Assembly (NCBI RefSeq): GCF_003019035.1
Contig: NZ_CP027447.1
Direction: 5' to 3' (one strand)
Source: Escherichia coli
GTDB lineage: Bacteria > Pseudomonadota > Gammaproteobacteria > Enterobacterales > Enterobacteriaceae
Length of the DNA stretch: 64,000 bases
Shown: positions 20,077 to 31,498 of the stretch, one piece after another
Numbering within the stretch: position 1 is the stretch's first letter
How the letters are laid out: every line of letters starts with the position of its first letter
Translations under genes and position numbers: made by a program
Notes under the pieces: generated by a model
Database searches by the model: none
Told to the model about the DNA's origin: nothing
What the model saw: the letters and a program-made list of their open reading frames with translations, nothing else

Positions 20077-21759
20077 TTATTTCGCTTCGCTTAGTGCTTT
20101 CTTGATATTGTTAAACTTCTCCTGATTTACCTCGCTAAGCGGTGGTTGGCTGCTGTCGATAAACTCTCTTACCACGCCTTGCATCTCTTTAACGACCTGC
20201 GGATTGGCGGCCGCAAGGTTATCTTTTTGCTGTAGATCCGTCAGTTTGTATAGACCTAACTGATTGTTTTCTACTGTATAGACTAGCGAATAATCGTTAT
20301 TTCTCACCGTATAAGAGAATTGGCTTAAATCCTCGGTGTTGGGGTTATGCGGGTAATCGTCTGACTGATGGCGGACAAATTTGTGGTAATTATCCCAGAA
20401 GGGAATATTTTCCTCATCAAACCAGTGAGAATAAGAGGTTATCCAGGTCAGATTTTTATGTGGCTCGCCTTGTTTCTTATCTTGCAACCACGGCAGCAAG
20501 GAAACGCCATCCAGCTTAAGGTCTTTTGGAATGCTGATATCGGCTGCATCAAGAGCTGTCGGGTAGAAATCCATTGCGGAAATCAGCTTGTCATAATTAC
20601 CGGGTTGAAGTTTTCCTTTCCACCACATAAACATTGGGGTGTGAGTACCGCCAGGATAAGTCTGACTCTTATAGCCTTTTTGCGCCCCGTTCAGCGGCAG
20701 AGGACCATCGATAACCGCACCATTATCGGAGGTAAAGAGAATAATAGTATTGTCATACTGTCCGTTTTTCTTCAGTTGTTCGAGAATGCGTTTTACACCC
20801 TGATCAACAGAATAAACGGAAGCGTAGTAGTTATCTGCTGTTTGACTACCGGTATTAAATTGCTTCTGATATTGCTCCGGTGCAGGATTATCATTTGGCA
20901 GGTGCGGAGCATTATAAGCCAGGTAAAGCATAAAAGGCTGGTCAAGTGTTTTGGCACGATCAACAACGCCAATTGCCTCATCGGTTAACTGATCGCTGAT
21001 ATAACCTTTTGCTGGGACGCGTTCACGGTTTTTGAACAGTGAAGGGGAGTTGTAATATGCCGTTCCTGCAGCGTGGAATCCCATAAAGTAATCAAAGCCA
21101 CGGTTTTGAGGTTGCCATTCTTCCGCAGAAAATGTGGTGAAGTTGTCATGATAGTCACGCGTTTGTTTATCTTCCGGTACCGGCACATTACTGATTTTTG
21201 ACAAGTGCCATTTACCTACTGCTGCAGTGTAATAACCATGATTCTGGAATAATTCAGGCAAGAAAGTTTCTGTTAGCGGAATACCATCCTGAGCATCGGT
21301 ATTGGAATAGACACCAAAGCGGGCGGGCGCTCGACCGGTCATTATTGCGGCGCGGGAGGGGCCGGAAACACCGTGCGCCACATAGCCGTTAGTAAAACGT
21401 ACGCCTTCATCCATTAATGAAAGGAGCGTCGGCGTTGATTTTTGCGCAGCTTCAATGGCTTTATCTATCCCTATTTTGTAGGTATCGACAACTTCACGAT
21501 TTTCCATTGTTTTTGGGTCAAAAGATCCCTTATCAAAAGGAAGTTGTCCATAACCAAGATCATCCATGGTCAGTACGATAATATTTGGCTTTCCTTTGGT
21601 ACTGTATTCAGTCGGCGTAAAGTCTGAGAAAGCAACGTTTGTTTTGGTTGCTTTCAGCTTTACATCATCTGCCGCATGAGCAGCAAATGCAGCCATACCA
21701 GATGCCAGTATCAAAGATATCGAGGTACTTACGACACTTTTCTTTAATGCAGACTTCAT
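20077..21759 (-). CDS. ydeN: Sulfatase (putative periplasmic)
   Basis: 560 aa from MKSALKK with signal peptide; the supplied ORF has a 60-codon upstream extension. Confidence 0.85.
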   Translation of the reverse strand: MKSALKKSVVSTSISLILASGMAAFAAHAADDVKLKATKTNVAFSDFTPTEYSTKGKPNIIVLTMDDLGYGQLPFDKGSFDPKTMENREVVDTYKIGIDKAIEAAQKSTPTLLSLMDEGVRFTNGYVAHGVSGPSRAAIMTGRAPARFGVYSNTDAQDGIPLTETFLPELFQNHGYYTAAVGKWHLSKISNVPVPEDKQTRDYHDNFTTFSAEEWQPQNRGFDYFMGFHAAGTAYYNSPSLFKNRERVPAKGYISDQLTDEAIGVVDRAKTLDQPFMLYLAYNAPHLPNDNPAPEQYQKQFNTGSQTADNYYASVYSVDQGVKRILEQLKKNGQYDNTIILFTSDNGAVIDGPLPLNGAQKGYKSQTYPGGTHTPMFMWWKGKLQPGNYDKLISAMDFYPTALDAADISIPKDLKLDGVSLLPWLQDKKQGEPHKNLTWITSYSHWFDEENIPFWDNYHKFVRHQSDDYPHNPNTEDLSQFSYTVRNNDYSLVYTVENNQLGLYKLTDLQQKDNLAAANPQVVKEMQGVVREFIDSSQPPLSEVNQEKFNNIKKALSEAK

Positions 21760-22080
21760 AAATGTTCCTCTTCTTATTGTACTTAATTCCAAAGTAATTT
21801 TACGAAGAGAAATAAGTGGATGTAAGTGAAGTGAGTCACATAAAGAGATAGCAGATTTAGCTAAAAAAAGAGAAATAACAGTCCATAAACTGTTGACATT
21901 ACTTTCTGTTCTACTAAGTAATTTCTCGTTGATAAACAACTAATCTATTGATATTTAACAAATTATTTAATTTCACCGACAAAATACCGAATTGAGATCA
22001 TAAATAATCATGCAACGGGTTATGCAAATGCATAAATATGTGATGGCTGTCACTTATTTATTTCAAGAAATATATCACCT

Positions 22081-22113
22081 AAAAACAACGCGGGGCAGGG
22101 AATGGCTGCCCCA
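22081..22113 (-). terminator. Rho-independent terminator after ydeO
   Basis: GGGGCAG-GGAATGG-CTGCCCC hairpin with a T-run on the minus strand. Confidence 0.7.
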
Positions 22114-22160
22114 TTTAATTCTTACGCAGCGTGTGTGGTTGACTACTCGTTAGCAAATAA

Positions 22161-22922
22161 TCAAATAGCTAAAGCACTCATCGTGTTGTCCGTGTTCATA
22201 CCGGTGTGCCTTTGACAACGGTACTCCTTAGAAACTCTCTTTGGACTGTTGCCGAAATGTTTGCGGAACGCATAAATAAAATAAGATGTACTCGCATAAC
22301 CACATTGTTCGGCAATTTTATTGACTGAACCTTCTACGCGTATCAAATTTTTTGCGTGCTGCATTCTGGCATCTAAAAGAATCTGTGAGAATGTCGTTTG
22401 CTCTTGCTTTAGTTTTTTCTTCAACAGGCTTTCACTGATGTACAGGCAGTCACAAATATCTTTCAGCTTCCATGGGTGCGCCAGCTTCATGTTGACAATA
22501 TTTCTCACTTTCCCGGAAACGGATAGCACACCGTTAGTTAATAGTGTAATGAAACCTTTGCATGCGGCAAAAATAGACAGGCAAGAAAAAAGCAAAAGTT
22601 CTGAAAAATTATGATGATTGCGTTCTTCCGAGTTGAGATAAGCAATCATTTCATTAAGCAATCCAGTCGGTACATTTGAAGCACGTAAAAACTTCGCAGG
22701 AACAGGCACCGTCACTGTCTGGATGTTAGTGCATTGTAGATATTTTTTAATGGTATTTTCATTAAATCCGATTTCTTTAAAATGCCGCTCATAAGGTTCA
22801 AAATGTGTACGAACAGCGTTATCTACCATCAGGATCTCGCCGTCAGAGAAGGCGTAATCTTTATCTAAAATGTTAGCGTTGAAAGCATGATGAATAAATA
22901 TAACAGAACAAACGAGCGACAT
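22161..22922 (-). CDS. ydeO: AraC-family acid-resistance regulator
   Basis: 253-aa ORF with C-terminal AraC-type HTH; downstream of safA. Confidence 0.9.
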   Translation of the reverse strand: MSLVCSVIFIHHAFNANILDKDYAFSDGEILMVDNAVRTHFEPYERHFKEIGFNENTIKKYLQCTNIQTVTVPVPAKFLRASNVPTGLLNEMIAYLNSEERNHHNFSELLLFSCLSIFAACKGFITLLTNGVLSVSGKVRNIVNMKLAHPWKLKDICDCLYISESLLKKKLKQEQTTFSQILLDARMQHAKNLIRVEGSVNKIAEQCGYASTSYFIYAFRKHFGNSPKRVSKEYRCQRHTGMNTDNTMSALAI

Positions 22923-22995
22923 TTTATCTCCTTAAAACAATAAAGTTTTATCGATACCTTTTAAACATTTCACATTTATAATTTGCTGTTTATTT

Positions 22996-23193
22996 TCAGT
23001 CTTGCAAACTATTGATAATGAAATGTGTAAGATCTCTTGCAATGCGACCCATTTCTGAAATACTCAGCTGATCAATTGCCGAAAAAATGGCTATCAACGT
23101 AAGTGTCAGTAATAAGACAACCACAATTACAGACATGATTTCTTTATAGTTGTCTCTTTGCGTGATTTTGTTTTTCACTGTGGTCGCATGCAT
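22996..23193 (-). CDS. safA: EvgS/PhoQ two-component connector small membrane protein
   Basis: 65-aa ORF matching SafA, with a single transmembrane segment. Confidence 0.85.
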   Translation of the reverse strand: MHATTVKNKITQRDNYKEIMSVIVVVLLLTLTLIAIFSAIDQLSISEMGRIARDLTHFIINSLQD

Positions 23194-23304
23194 TTCAAAT
23201 ATGTTTATTTAGCGGATAACGTTAAAAATCGTAAATCAGTATGCTTAATATAACAGGCTGGATAAAAGAGGAAATAGGACTGGTGCTTCAGTACTGAGCG
23301 GAGT

Positions 23305-23320
23305 TTCTTACAGCTGTAGG
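23305..23320 (-). promoter_or_regulatory. Candidate EvgA box upstream of safA-ydeO
   Basis: TTCTTACAGCTGTAGG, an imperfect inverted repeat resembling the EvgA consensus; the same core recurs upstream of ydeP. Confidence 0.5.
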
Positions 23321-23440
23321 CAGAAGTTTATATCTTATAGTATGTAGTTTAATTTAATCCATATGAGCAAATTGCGTGATAATAGTCAATGAGGAATTCT
23401 TCTGCTGTGCGGATGACAGCAGAAGAAATGAGAAGAGGCA

Positions 23441-25720
23441 TTAATTTGATGGTTCTAATTCAACCGGAATACTTTTATAGCCAGGAATGCCACTTAATGG
23501 ATCGTGGTTATCAAGTGTTAGCATGTGATTCGATTCTGGAAAATAGGTCACCAGTGAGCGGTCAGCCATAGGGTAAATGACCACTTTTAATCTATCCATG
23601 CGGCGTGAGCTTCGCTTACCGTCTGGCGTAAGCGCAATAAGATTAACTCTTTCGCCGTTTTTTACACGGCAAATTTTAGCTTGTTTAGCACTCATAAAGA
23701 CCACATCTCGTTGACCGAATACCCCTCGATAGCGATCATCCATACCATAAATCGTCGTGTTGTACTGATCGTGACTGCGTACTGTCGCCATGACTAGCTT
23801 ACTGTTAAACGCTGAAGAGGGATCTTCTAACAGCCCTTTACTGGTAATGAAATTAGCCTTACCTGACGGCGTCATCCAGCGCCTTTCAGCAGCTGCATTT
23901 ATCAGGTGAAAACCACCGGGATGACGGATGCGCTGGTTATAGTCGGCGAACTCTGGCAGCACAGCTTCAATGTCATTGCGAATGCGATCATAATCTTCCA
24001 CCAGATACTCCCAGGCTACCACGCTCTGGGGTAGTGCTGCCTGCGCGATTCCCGCGACCACTGCACACTCTGATTTCAGCATTACACCGGCGGGTTTTAA
24101 CACACCACGCGAGGCATGAATCATCGACATTGAATCTTCAACGGTTACCGCCTGCGCACCGCTTTTTTGCATGTCAATCTCGCTACGTCCCAGAACCGGC
24201 AGAATATAGCTATGCCGTGCGGTCAGCAGATGAGAGCGGTTAAGCTTAGTGGCTACGTGTACCGCCAAATCTAATTGCGTTAACGGTACAGCGCTCGCTT
24301 CCCGATCTGGCATTGCCAGCGCAAAGTTGCCCCCCATGCAGATCAATGCTCGAGCTTGCCCCGTACATATTGCTTGCATGCTGGCAATTGCAGCATGTCC
24401 AGGTGCATGAGGTGGGGTGAAACCATAGCGCTCACCCAGGCGAGCCAGAAACTCTGCAGACGGTTTCTCGGTGATACCGACGGTTCGGTCGCCCTGTACA
24501 TTAGAGTGACCTCGTAGTGGGCAGATGCCCGCACCAGGCTTGCCAATGTTACCTTTCATCAACAGCAGATTGACCAGTTGCTGTACATTCTGGGTACCAT
24601 GTTCGTGCTGAGTGATCCCCATTCCGTAACAGATAATGGTGCGTTCGGCAGCGGCATATGCATCAGCCAGTTCGGCGATTTGAGTCTGACTTAGTCCAGA
24701 AATACGCTCGATATCTTTCCACTCGGAATTGAGAACGTCACGGCGTAGCTCGTCAAAGCCGACGGTATGCGTTTGAATAAATTCGTCATCCAGCAATGAG
24801 GGCCGACCTGCGGCGCTTGCAGCATCATCGCGCTCAATTAACAGGCGCATCATCCCCTTGAGCAACGCCATATCACCACCAATGCGCACGTTGTAGTAGG
24901 CACTGGCCAACTGAGTCTCAGAGTTCGTCAGCATTTCAAACGGGTTTTGCGGTGCGGTAAATCGCTCCAGGCCACGTTCCTGTAGAGGATTGATGGCGAT
25001 CATTTTCGCTCCCCGTTTCACTAAAGCGCGCAACGAAGTCAACATGCGAGGGTGGTTTGTACCAGGGTTATGCCCAATGCAAATGACTAAATCGCATTTC
25101 TCAAAGTCTTCCAGCAACACGGTCCCTTTACCTACACCGATACTCGCTGCCAAACCCACACTGGTCGGTTCATGGCACATGTTGGAGCAGTCGGGGAAGT
25201 TATTGCTCCCGTATTCACGGGCAAAAAGCTGATAAAGAAAGGCAGCTTCATTGGAAGTGCGGCCCGAAGTATAGAATTCAACCTGATTGGGATCACTATA
25301 GCTTTGAAGGCGTTCGCCAATTTCGTCGAAAGCTTGTTGCCAGCTTAATGGCTTGTAACAGTCGCTGACGGCATCATATTTCAAAGGCTGGGTGAGACGC
25401 CCCGCAGCCTCAAGCTCGTGATCTCCCCAGGTAAGTAATGATTGAACCGTATTCTCAGCAAAGAAAGAGGCATTTACCTGCTTATCCGTGACTTCCCAGG
25501 CGATTGCTTTTGCGCCGTTTTCACAAATGTCGAATGACGCACTGTGCTTAGGATCTGGCCATGCACAACCCGGACAGTCAAAGCCCTCTGGCTTATTCAT
25601 GTCAAACATGGCAATAACATCCTGGCGTATATCCATCTGCTTACGTACTGCATTCGCTACGGATTTAACAGCACCCCAACCACCGGCAGCCCCCTGGTAG
25701 GATTCAATTTTTTTCTTCAT
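23441..25720 (-). CDS. ydeP: Molybdopterin-family oxidoreductase (acid resistance)
   Basis: 759-aa ORF matching YdeP. Confidence 0.9.
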   Translation of the reverse strand: MKKKIESYQGAAGGWGAVKSVANAVRKQMDIRQDVIAMFDMNKPEGFDCPGCAWPDPKHSASFDICENGAKAIAWEVTDKQVNASFFAENTVQSLLTWGDHELEAAGRLTQPLKYDAVSDCYKPLSWQQAFDEIGERLQSYSDPNQVEFYTSGRTSNEAAFLYQLFAREYGSNNFPDCSNMCHEPTSVGLAASIGVGKGTVLLEDFEKCDLVICIGHNPGTNHPRMLTSLRALVKRGAKMIAINPLQERGLERFTAPQNPFEMLTNSETQLASAYYNVRIGGDMALLKGMMRLLIERDDAASAAGRPSLLDDEFIQTHTVGFDELRRDVLNSEWKDIERISGLSQTQIAELADAYAAAERTIICYGMGITQHEHGTQNVQQLVNLLLMKGNIGKPGAGICPLRGHSNVQGDRTVGITEKPSAEFLARLGERYGFTPPHAPGHAAIASMQAICTGQARALICMGGNFALAMPDREASAVPLTQLDLAVHVATKLNRSHLLTARHSYILPVLGRSEIDMQKSGAQAVTVEDSMSMIHASRGVLKPAGVMLKSECAVVAGIAQAALPQSVVAWEYLVEDYDRIRNDIEAVLPEFADYNQRIRHPGGFHLINAAAERRWMTPSGKANFITSKGLLEDPSSAFNSKLVMATVRSHDQYNTTIYGMDDRYRGVFGQRDVVFMSAKQAKICRVKNGERVNLIALTPDGKRSSRRMDRLKVVIYPMADRSLVTYFPESNHMLTLDNHDPLSGIPGYKSIPVELEPSN

Positions 25721-25962
25721 CTACTTATCCTGTGTGGAAATGAATTATTAGGATTTGTAATAGCGATGATGCACAGTATATACAAAGGGATTATCGTCAA
25801 TATGGATATATAAGAGTAGGGGACTACTCTCTTTCTATTTTAATCTATTATCGTTAAACAAAAGATTAAATACGATAAATTAAGCATCATCTCTCATAGT
25901 GTTTAAATTAACATATTTTTCAATATAAAAAATAAGACTCTGGCTTCAATTGTGCGCGGATT

Positions 25963-25979
25963 TTCTTACAGATGTAGGA
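25963..25979 (-). promoter_or_regulatory. Candidate EvgA box upstream of ydeP
   Basis: TTCTTACAGATGTAGGA, the same core as the safA site. Confidence 0.5.
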
Positions 25980-26052
25980 TAATAGCCTTCACAAAATAAT
26001 TATCCGCGCAATTTTCGTGAATGGAGCGCATAGACTAAGGTCAAAATCACAA

Positions 26053-26967
26053 TTATTCATAGATAAAAGTGACACCAATGACTGACTGGACGGTTCCGGC
26101 TGCAACCTTGTTTCCTGTTTGTCCATAGGTTGCGCTTAAACCCAGAGGTACTTTGCTTTTATTTACTGTCCCCAGGGAGACGTTTTCTCCCGTAGCCAGT
26201 ATTTTTCCATTACGCATCAGAGAGACACCCACTCCCGATGCTTTTGTTGCATCTGGTGCTGTGTTAGCAAACACTTGTCTGGCACTGTCAGTGGTAGCAC
26301 CCGAAAGATAAAATGAGAGCTTTTGTTCACTTGAGCAATATACGCCAAGGGGTATTTCTGCGCTTCCAGGAAAGTCAGGGAGATTCACGGTGACATTACG
26401 ACTATCAACGGTGCAGCCGCCTGTTGGCATAACAACACTGTTATTTGAAATAATATTCCACGTAAAATTACGCGGATTTCCGCTTCCTAACGTGGCAATT
26501 TTATACATATGAATACGGGCAATAACTTCCCCAGCTTTTATGACAACTCCACCGGCCGCACCGACTGGGGTAATATAGAGTTTTAACGGTAATGGCATCG
26601 GTGTCTTATCACCAATATCTAATACATTAGTATTTGTCGTCAACGGGAAGGGGTAGGTCACATTATTCCAGTACAGCGATCCTTTATATGACTGTAGGGA
26701 GCCTGCGAAAGCTGAGCCTTGTACCAGGTTTATATGATCAGTGTCGTACCAGCCGCCGTAATCATTCCAGCAACTTATATGCTGAGACAAGTCTACAACC
26801 AGATTCTGGCCCGGTTGTATTACAGGGTCGAGATTAACATAAACAGAGGTTGTACCTGCTCCAATACTTGACCCGCCATCGACATTACAACTGAAGGCAA
26901 AAACTTTGCCTGCCATTAATAGAAGATAAATACTGAACAGAACCTTTATACTGAATGTTTTACCCAT
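26053..26967 (-). CDS. ydeQ: F9 (Fml-type) fimbrial tip adhesin, FimH-like
   Basis: 304 aa, alignable along its length with FimH as I recall it (…VYVNL.PV…GQNLVVDLS……VTFIY). Confidence 0.85.
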   Translation of the reverse strand: MGKTFSIKVLFSIYLLLMAGKVFAFSCNVDGGSSIGAGTTSVYVNLDPVIQPGQNLVVDLSQHISCWNDYGGWYDTDHINLVQGSAFAGSLQSYKGSLYWNNVTYPFPLTTNTNVLDIGDKTPMPLPLKLYITPVGAAGGVVIKAGEVIARIHMYKIATLGSGNPRNFTWNIISNNSVVMPTGGCTVDSRNVTVNLPDFPGSAEIPLGVYCSSEQKLSFYLSGATTDSARQVFANTAPDATKASGVGVSLMRNGKILATGENVSLGTVNKSKVPLGLSATYGQTGNKVAAGTVQSVIGVTFIYE

Positions 26968-27025
26968 GATATATCCTAAGGTTAAAAAATTGATTTAAAT
27001 AGAGGCAAAAAAAATCAAATTGATG

Positions 27026-27529
27026 TTATTGCCAGGTATAGATCACATTGATTAGCGACTCGATCGTTCCCTGGCTTGCGTTTCCATTCACCGTGATAGC
27101 TCTTGCCTTAAGTGGAAACTGTGCATTACGAGTGATCTCATCAACAATAACCGTTTTGCTATCGCCATTTTTTAACGTCGCATCCTGGTCATCCCTTAGC
27201 TCTATCTGAATATTTTCGGCAGTACCTTCATTTTTGTAATAACCCGTATTGTCAGTTGAACCTGTCACGATTGCCGTCACTGCACTTGTTTCAATCGGAC
27301 AATCGGTTAATGACAAAGTAATATTGTGCCAGCCAGATGCAGAACCAGGTTGTTGCAGATTGCGTGTATAAAGATCCCCGAGATTAACGTTAGCTTCTTT
27401 GGTTTGAATAGTGCATGGTTTAGCGACTACCCGACCATTAACAGTGATAGTGACATCGGCGGCCTGGAGAGTTGCTGTGAATAATGTGCAAAACGTAGCT
27501 AACAGGAACCTCTTGTGAAGTCTTTTCAT
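27026..27529 (-). CDS. ydeR: Fimbrial minor subunit (FimG-like)
   Basis: 167-aa ORF with signal peptide; pilin-like. Confidence 0.85.
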   Translation of the reverse strand: MKRLHKRFLLATFCTLFTATLQAADVTITVNGRVVAKPCTIQTKEANVNLGDLYTRNLQQPGSASGWHNITLSLTDCPIETSAVTAIVTGSTDNTGYYKNEGTAENIQIELRDDQDATLKNGDSKTVIVDEITRNAQFPLKARAITVNGNASQGTIESLINVIYTWQ

Positions 27530-27541
27530 ATCTGACTCTGA

Positions 27542-28072
27542 TTATTGAAATTCAAGGGTAAAGGTTGCCGAAGCGCTCACCAGTCCAGGATTGACGGACT
27601 TCTGAGTTGACTTCAAACGAGCGGAGTAAGGCAAAATATTGTTCTGTTCTGGTACCAATGGGATCCACTGCATCCCGGCATGAAGGTCATTCAATTTCAC
27701 CGGACGCATATTTCCGTCCAGTATTTCTATACCCAAACCGGAGGCCGTATTGCTTCCTTCATCCAGTTTCAACAGAGTATTATTTTCTGCATCCTCAATA
27801 CCGTTAAATGCAACCCGAACTCCCGTTGTCCCTTTGCTGCATTCACTTAATGTAATCTGAAAAGGGACGGCTGGACTTGTGCTACCGGTCGTTGGAAATT
27901 GTCTGGCACTGTTTTTTTGGAGATCTACGGTAAAATTAAGCGAATCCGATGAGACTGTGCAGCCATAATCGAGGACGCGCCCGCTAATTTTAATAACGCT
28001 ATCTGCAGATAAAGCAGAATAGGTGGTTAACCCCAGACATAAACCGAGGAAAATAATGTTATTGTATTTCAT
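27542..28072 (-). CDS. ydeS: Fimbrial minor subunit (FimF-like)
   Basis: 176-aa ORF with signal peptide; pilin-like. Confidence 0.85.
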   Translation of the reverse strand: MKYNNIIFLGLCLGLTTYSALSADSVIKISGRVLDYGCTVSSDSLNFTVDLQKNSARQFPTTGSTSPAVPFQITLSECSKGTTGVRVAFNGIEDAENNTLLKLDEGSNTASGLGIEILDGNMRPVKLNDLHAGMQWIPLVPEQNNILPYSARLKSTQKSVNPGLVSASATFTLEFQ

Positions 28073-28085
28073 AATCTATTGTTCC

Positions 28086-30737
28086 TTAGCGACAGATTGC
28101 TGTCTGCTGGTTCAGTAAGGTACCAGGAGAAACTTCAGGAAGCTTGTACTCGACAATACAGTTTGAGTTTTTATCTTTGCCCCATGAAACCTGTAATTTC
28201 CCTGACTGTGGAAGTCCAGTCAGATAAACCTGACCGTTTTCCGCGACAATGCTGCCATTTTTATTCTCTCCATGTGTGACAATTGCACCGAATGGAACGC
28301 TCTTATTACCGTACTTCAACGTCATTAATACTTTCCCGCCGATTTGTGCATTAAATGTTGCTCTGGCAATAGCACCGTGAGTTGGGATGACAGTGACAAC
28401 GGTTTCATCCAGTTCAACATTATCTGCAAGGGAATTCGCGTTAAGAGCGACACGATTTTCTCTATATTCTGTCGCAAATGGTAATATGGCATAGCCACGC
28501 CAGTCGGTATGAATTCCGGTCTGGTTCTCTATTTTGACATTATCAGCGCCAGGAGCCTTAACCAGAACCATTGTGTCGCCCAGCGGCTGTCCAAAGGTGA
28601 TGCCATCAGCATGAGCAATAATCCCACCACTCATTCCGTAATAAATCTGGCTGCTGTCACCACTCCGACTGTAACCGACATTCGTATTACCGTAAGCTCC
28701 ACGATAATTAAGAGAACTGTAACCACTGGTGCCAGACGATGTATTACCCCCTTGGGTGTTACCGACCTGAACGCTATAATTCAGGTTATTATCCGGCAGC
28801 AGAGTGCCATAAACCCCTGATAGGTTGGTCATGCCGCCTTTCAAATCGTTTGACATACTGTAACTGGCGTTTGAATTACGAAATGCCGACTGACTGTCTG
28901 TACGCATCCAATGACTGAAGGGAACATTAAGCGTAAAAGCAAGTAAATGATCCCGATCGTTTTGCCATATATTATTGGAATAGCTGTAATTCAGCGAAGT
29001 CGTAATATCACCAAACGGCACATTTAATCCAAATGATATTTGCTGGTCGCTGCGTGACGTGTTCCAGTAACTTTGGCGACTGGCACTGAAAAATGTCGTA
29101 CCGTAATGTCCAAGCTGCTGAGAGATGCTTATTTGTTCCTGACCACGCTTACTGTAAAACAGATTAAAATAATCAATAAATAGTGTCTGCTCATTGCTGT
29201 CTCCGGTAGGAGGCTTGACGGTGTAACCACTCATTCGACTGTATGCACTGTCGGATAAGTTATAAAAACCTTGCGTAGAATAGCGATATCCTGCGACCTG
29301 GATATTGGTTCCCGTCTGGTAGAAGGATTTGCTGTAGACGGATTTAACCGATTGCCCGCTGTGACGGGTGCCATCTGCAAGTGTCGTATTGGCCTGCGTG
29401 ATATCGAAAGAAAAGGCACCAAAAAGTCCTAAATCTTTACCAATACCAAGGTTGAAGGCCTGATATTCTTCTGCAATTTGTATTCCGCCATAAGGTGTCC
29501 AGTTTCCTTTCAGACCATGCATCAAGCTTGCTTGTACGAACTTGGGGGAGCTTTGCAGGTTATTTCCACTACGATATTCCCCCATGGCAAGCGCATAACG
29601 CGTATATCCAGCACGTTGGAGAACCGGAACAGACGAATAAGGAACATATAATGTCTGAATACTGCCGTCTGCCTCTTTTATAGTTACTTGCAGATCACCA
29701 CCATTGGCCGCAGAGTTGATATCATCAATAGTAAAAGGGCCGGGTGGAACAGTAGTCTGATAAACATCGTATCCGTTCTGTTTTACACTCACTTGTGCGG
29801 TGCCACGGGCAATACCATGAATCACCGGAGCGAAACCATGTTGGCTATCGGGCAACATCGCTTCTGTTGAATTTATTTTTAGGCCACGAAAGTTCACACT
29901 ATCAAAAATATCGCCATCGGTATAACTATCACCTACCGTTAAGCGTGAGCGTAAGGGAATAATGTCACGTTCAGCCGACGTATTGATATGCTGCCATTTA
30001 TTGCTGTCAGATGAATTGCTACTCCCACTGTTATAACTCCACGTTGAGTTATCGCGCAGTCGCCAACTACCAATGTTGATGCCACTCTGTAAATTCAAAT
30101 ATGCATAGTTGGATTTTCCAGCATTATGGTTACTACGATTATTAATAGAATTACCATTAAAACTATAGTTTAGAAGCCCAGCATTTATTCCTTCTTCCCA
30201 CAGATCAGGAGAAACATAGCCGCGAGCCATTCTGCCAACATATATTTGCGGAACGGAGAGTGACAGATGTTGCTGACCAACATCAAACTCAGATGATGCG
30301 TCAGCCAAACGATCCTGGAGTGGTGTGCATGCGCTGTTGTCCGGCACATGTTTTTCTGCCGAATGTTCCTTGTTGTCTAATAATGCTGATTTTTTTATGC
30401 CAAGACTGACAAGAAGGTCTGTACTCAGGCATGGGATGAGATCTGCGTTATTATCATCTGCAATAAAAGTAATATCCCGACTAGTCATAAATTCGTCGTT
30501 CAAATAAATGTCGACCCGATATGTACCAGGTGGTGCCTCGCGCCCCTTAGTAAAGGCGGATAAATCGACAGATTCAGCAAGATCATTGCTTAAAAACCGT
30601 GGATTAAAATAATACTCTGCGTCAACGGGAAATACCGCAGTTGCTAAGCCAAGGGCAATGGTAAGCCGTGCAAAGCGAGGCAGTAGTAACACCTGATGCA
30701 TACGATATGCCTTAAATGCGGCACGAAAGGCTGTCAT
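28086..30737 (-). CDS. ydeT: Fimbrial usher, full length (FimD-like); ydeT is a fragment in K-12
   Basis: 883 aa, collinear with FimD (…YFNPRFL… to …CR); exact start uncertain (M1 or M13). Confidence 0.85.
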   Translation of the reverse strand: MTAFRAAFKAYRMHQVLLLPRFARLTIALGLATAVFPVDAEYYFNPRFLSNDLAESVDLSAFTKGREAPPGTYRVDIYLNDEFMTSRDITFIADDNNADLIPCLSTDLLVSLGIKKSALLDNKEHSAEKHVPDNSACTPLQDRLADASSEFDVGQQHLSLSVPQIYVGRMARGYVSPDLWEEGINAGLLNYSFNGNSINNRSNHNAGKSNYAYLNLQSGINIGSWRLRDNSTWSYNSGSSNSSDSNKWQHINTSAERDIIPLRSRLTVGDSYTDGDIFDSVNFRGLKINSTEAMLPDSQHGFAPVIHGIARGTAQVSVKQNGYDVYQTTVPPGPFTIDDINSAANGGDLQVTIKEADGSIQTLYVPYSSVPVLQRAGYTRYALAMGEYRSGNNLQSSPKFVQASLMHGLKGNWTPYGGIQIAEEYQAFNLGIGKDLGLFGAFSFDITQANTTLADGTRHSGQSVKSVYSKSFYQTGTNIQVAGYRYSTQGFYNLSDSAYSRMSGYTVKPPTGDSNEQTLFIDYFNLFYSKRGQEQISISQQLGHYGTTFFSASRQSYWNTSRSDQQISFGLNVPFGDITTSLNYSYSNNIWQNDRDHLLAFTLNVPFSHWMRTDSQSAFRNSNASYSMSNDLKGGMTNLSGVYGTLLPDNNLNYSVQVGNTQGGNTSSGTSGYSSLNYRGAYGNTNVGYSRSGDSSQIYYGMSGGIIAHADGITFGQPLGDTMVLVKAPGADNVKIENQTGIHTDWRGYAILPFATEYRENRVALNANSLADNVELDETVVTVIPTHGAIARATFNAQIGGKVLMTLKYGNKSVPFGAIVTHGENKNGSIVAENGQVYLTGLPQSGKLQVSWGKDKNSNCIVEYKLPEVSPGTLLNQQTAICR

Positions 30738-30778
30738 TATTAATTCCGATTGAGTTTATTATTAATTAGGTCACTGGC

Positions 30779-31498
30779 TTACTGCATGGTTGCCTTAATA
30801 CGCGGAGTTAATGCACCGTAATCATTGATCGTCTGAAAACTGATATCCCCGGTTGCAACATGCGGGATATCCACCGATACTTCACCTTTTGGCGGCACCA
30901 TGGTGTTTGGGAGATTGCTATTTCCTGCTTTCATATTTGTTACGGTAATGAAGTAGGGCGTTGGATTAATAAGAGTGAGTTTGCTACCGCTGCGACGAAA
31001 CCGAAGCATTGCTGGCGCTTCTTCAGGTGCCATTGCCAGGTTCGTGGGGCGATAAAACATTTTTATGCGGCTAATAATTGCCAGCTGTAATGAATTCTCA
31101 TTCTTCTGGTCTTTTTCCATAGCAGGAATAGCTTTAACATTAACCCAGAACAGGCTTTCACGGTCGCCTGGTAACTGATGATTAGTGGCGTTGATTATCC
31201 GCAGCGTATTCTCTTTTTTACCTTGCATGGAAAAAAGCGGTGGGGTAATGACAAACTGGGTGTCTTTTTGGTCACCTGCATTTTCTATCCATGACTGAAT
31301 GAGATAGACACTGGCAGGATCATTATTCGTGACAGGCAATAAAACCTGTTTCTGGTTTGCCGGATAAATTACCCGCGTCGCACCAAGTGCGACAGCTGCG
31401 TTGGCAATGGTGCTATGGCAAGCAAAGAGCAATAAAAGTAACACTGTCGCCATAAAGGAAACAGAGTAGGGGGTACGCGTAGTTTGCATCTGATGCAT
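30779..31498 (-). CDS. Periplasmic fimbrial chaperone (FimC-like)
   Basis: 239-aa ORF with signal peptide and PapD-like features; absent from K-12 at this locus. Confidence 0.85.
   Translation of the reverse strand: MHQMQTTRTPYSVSFMATVLLLLLFACHSTIANAAVALGATRVIYPANQKQVLLPVTNNDPASVYLIQSWIENAGDQKDTQFVITPPLFSMQGKKENTLRIINATNHQLPGDRESLFWVNVKAIPAMEKDQKNENSLQLAIISRIKMFYRPTNLAMAPEEAPAMLRFRRSGSKLTLINPTPYFITVTNMKAGNSNLPNTMVPPKGEVSVDIPHVATGDISFQTINDYGALTPRIKATMQ

Noticed and set aside
20368-20988. 206-aa plus-strand ORF inside ydeN
   Set aside because: Antisense to the sulfatase gene; spurious.
21760-21939. N-terminal extension of the ydeN ORF (620 versus 560 aa)
   Set aside because: A signal peptide begins at MKSALKK; the upstream extension is AT-rich promoter DNA.
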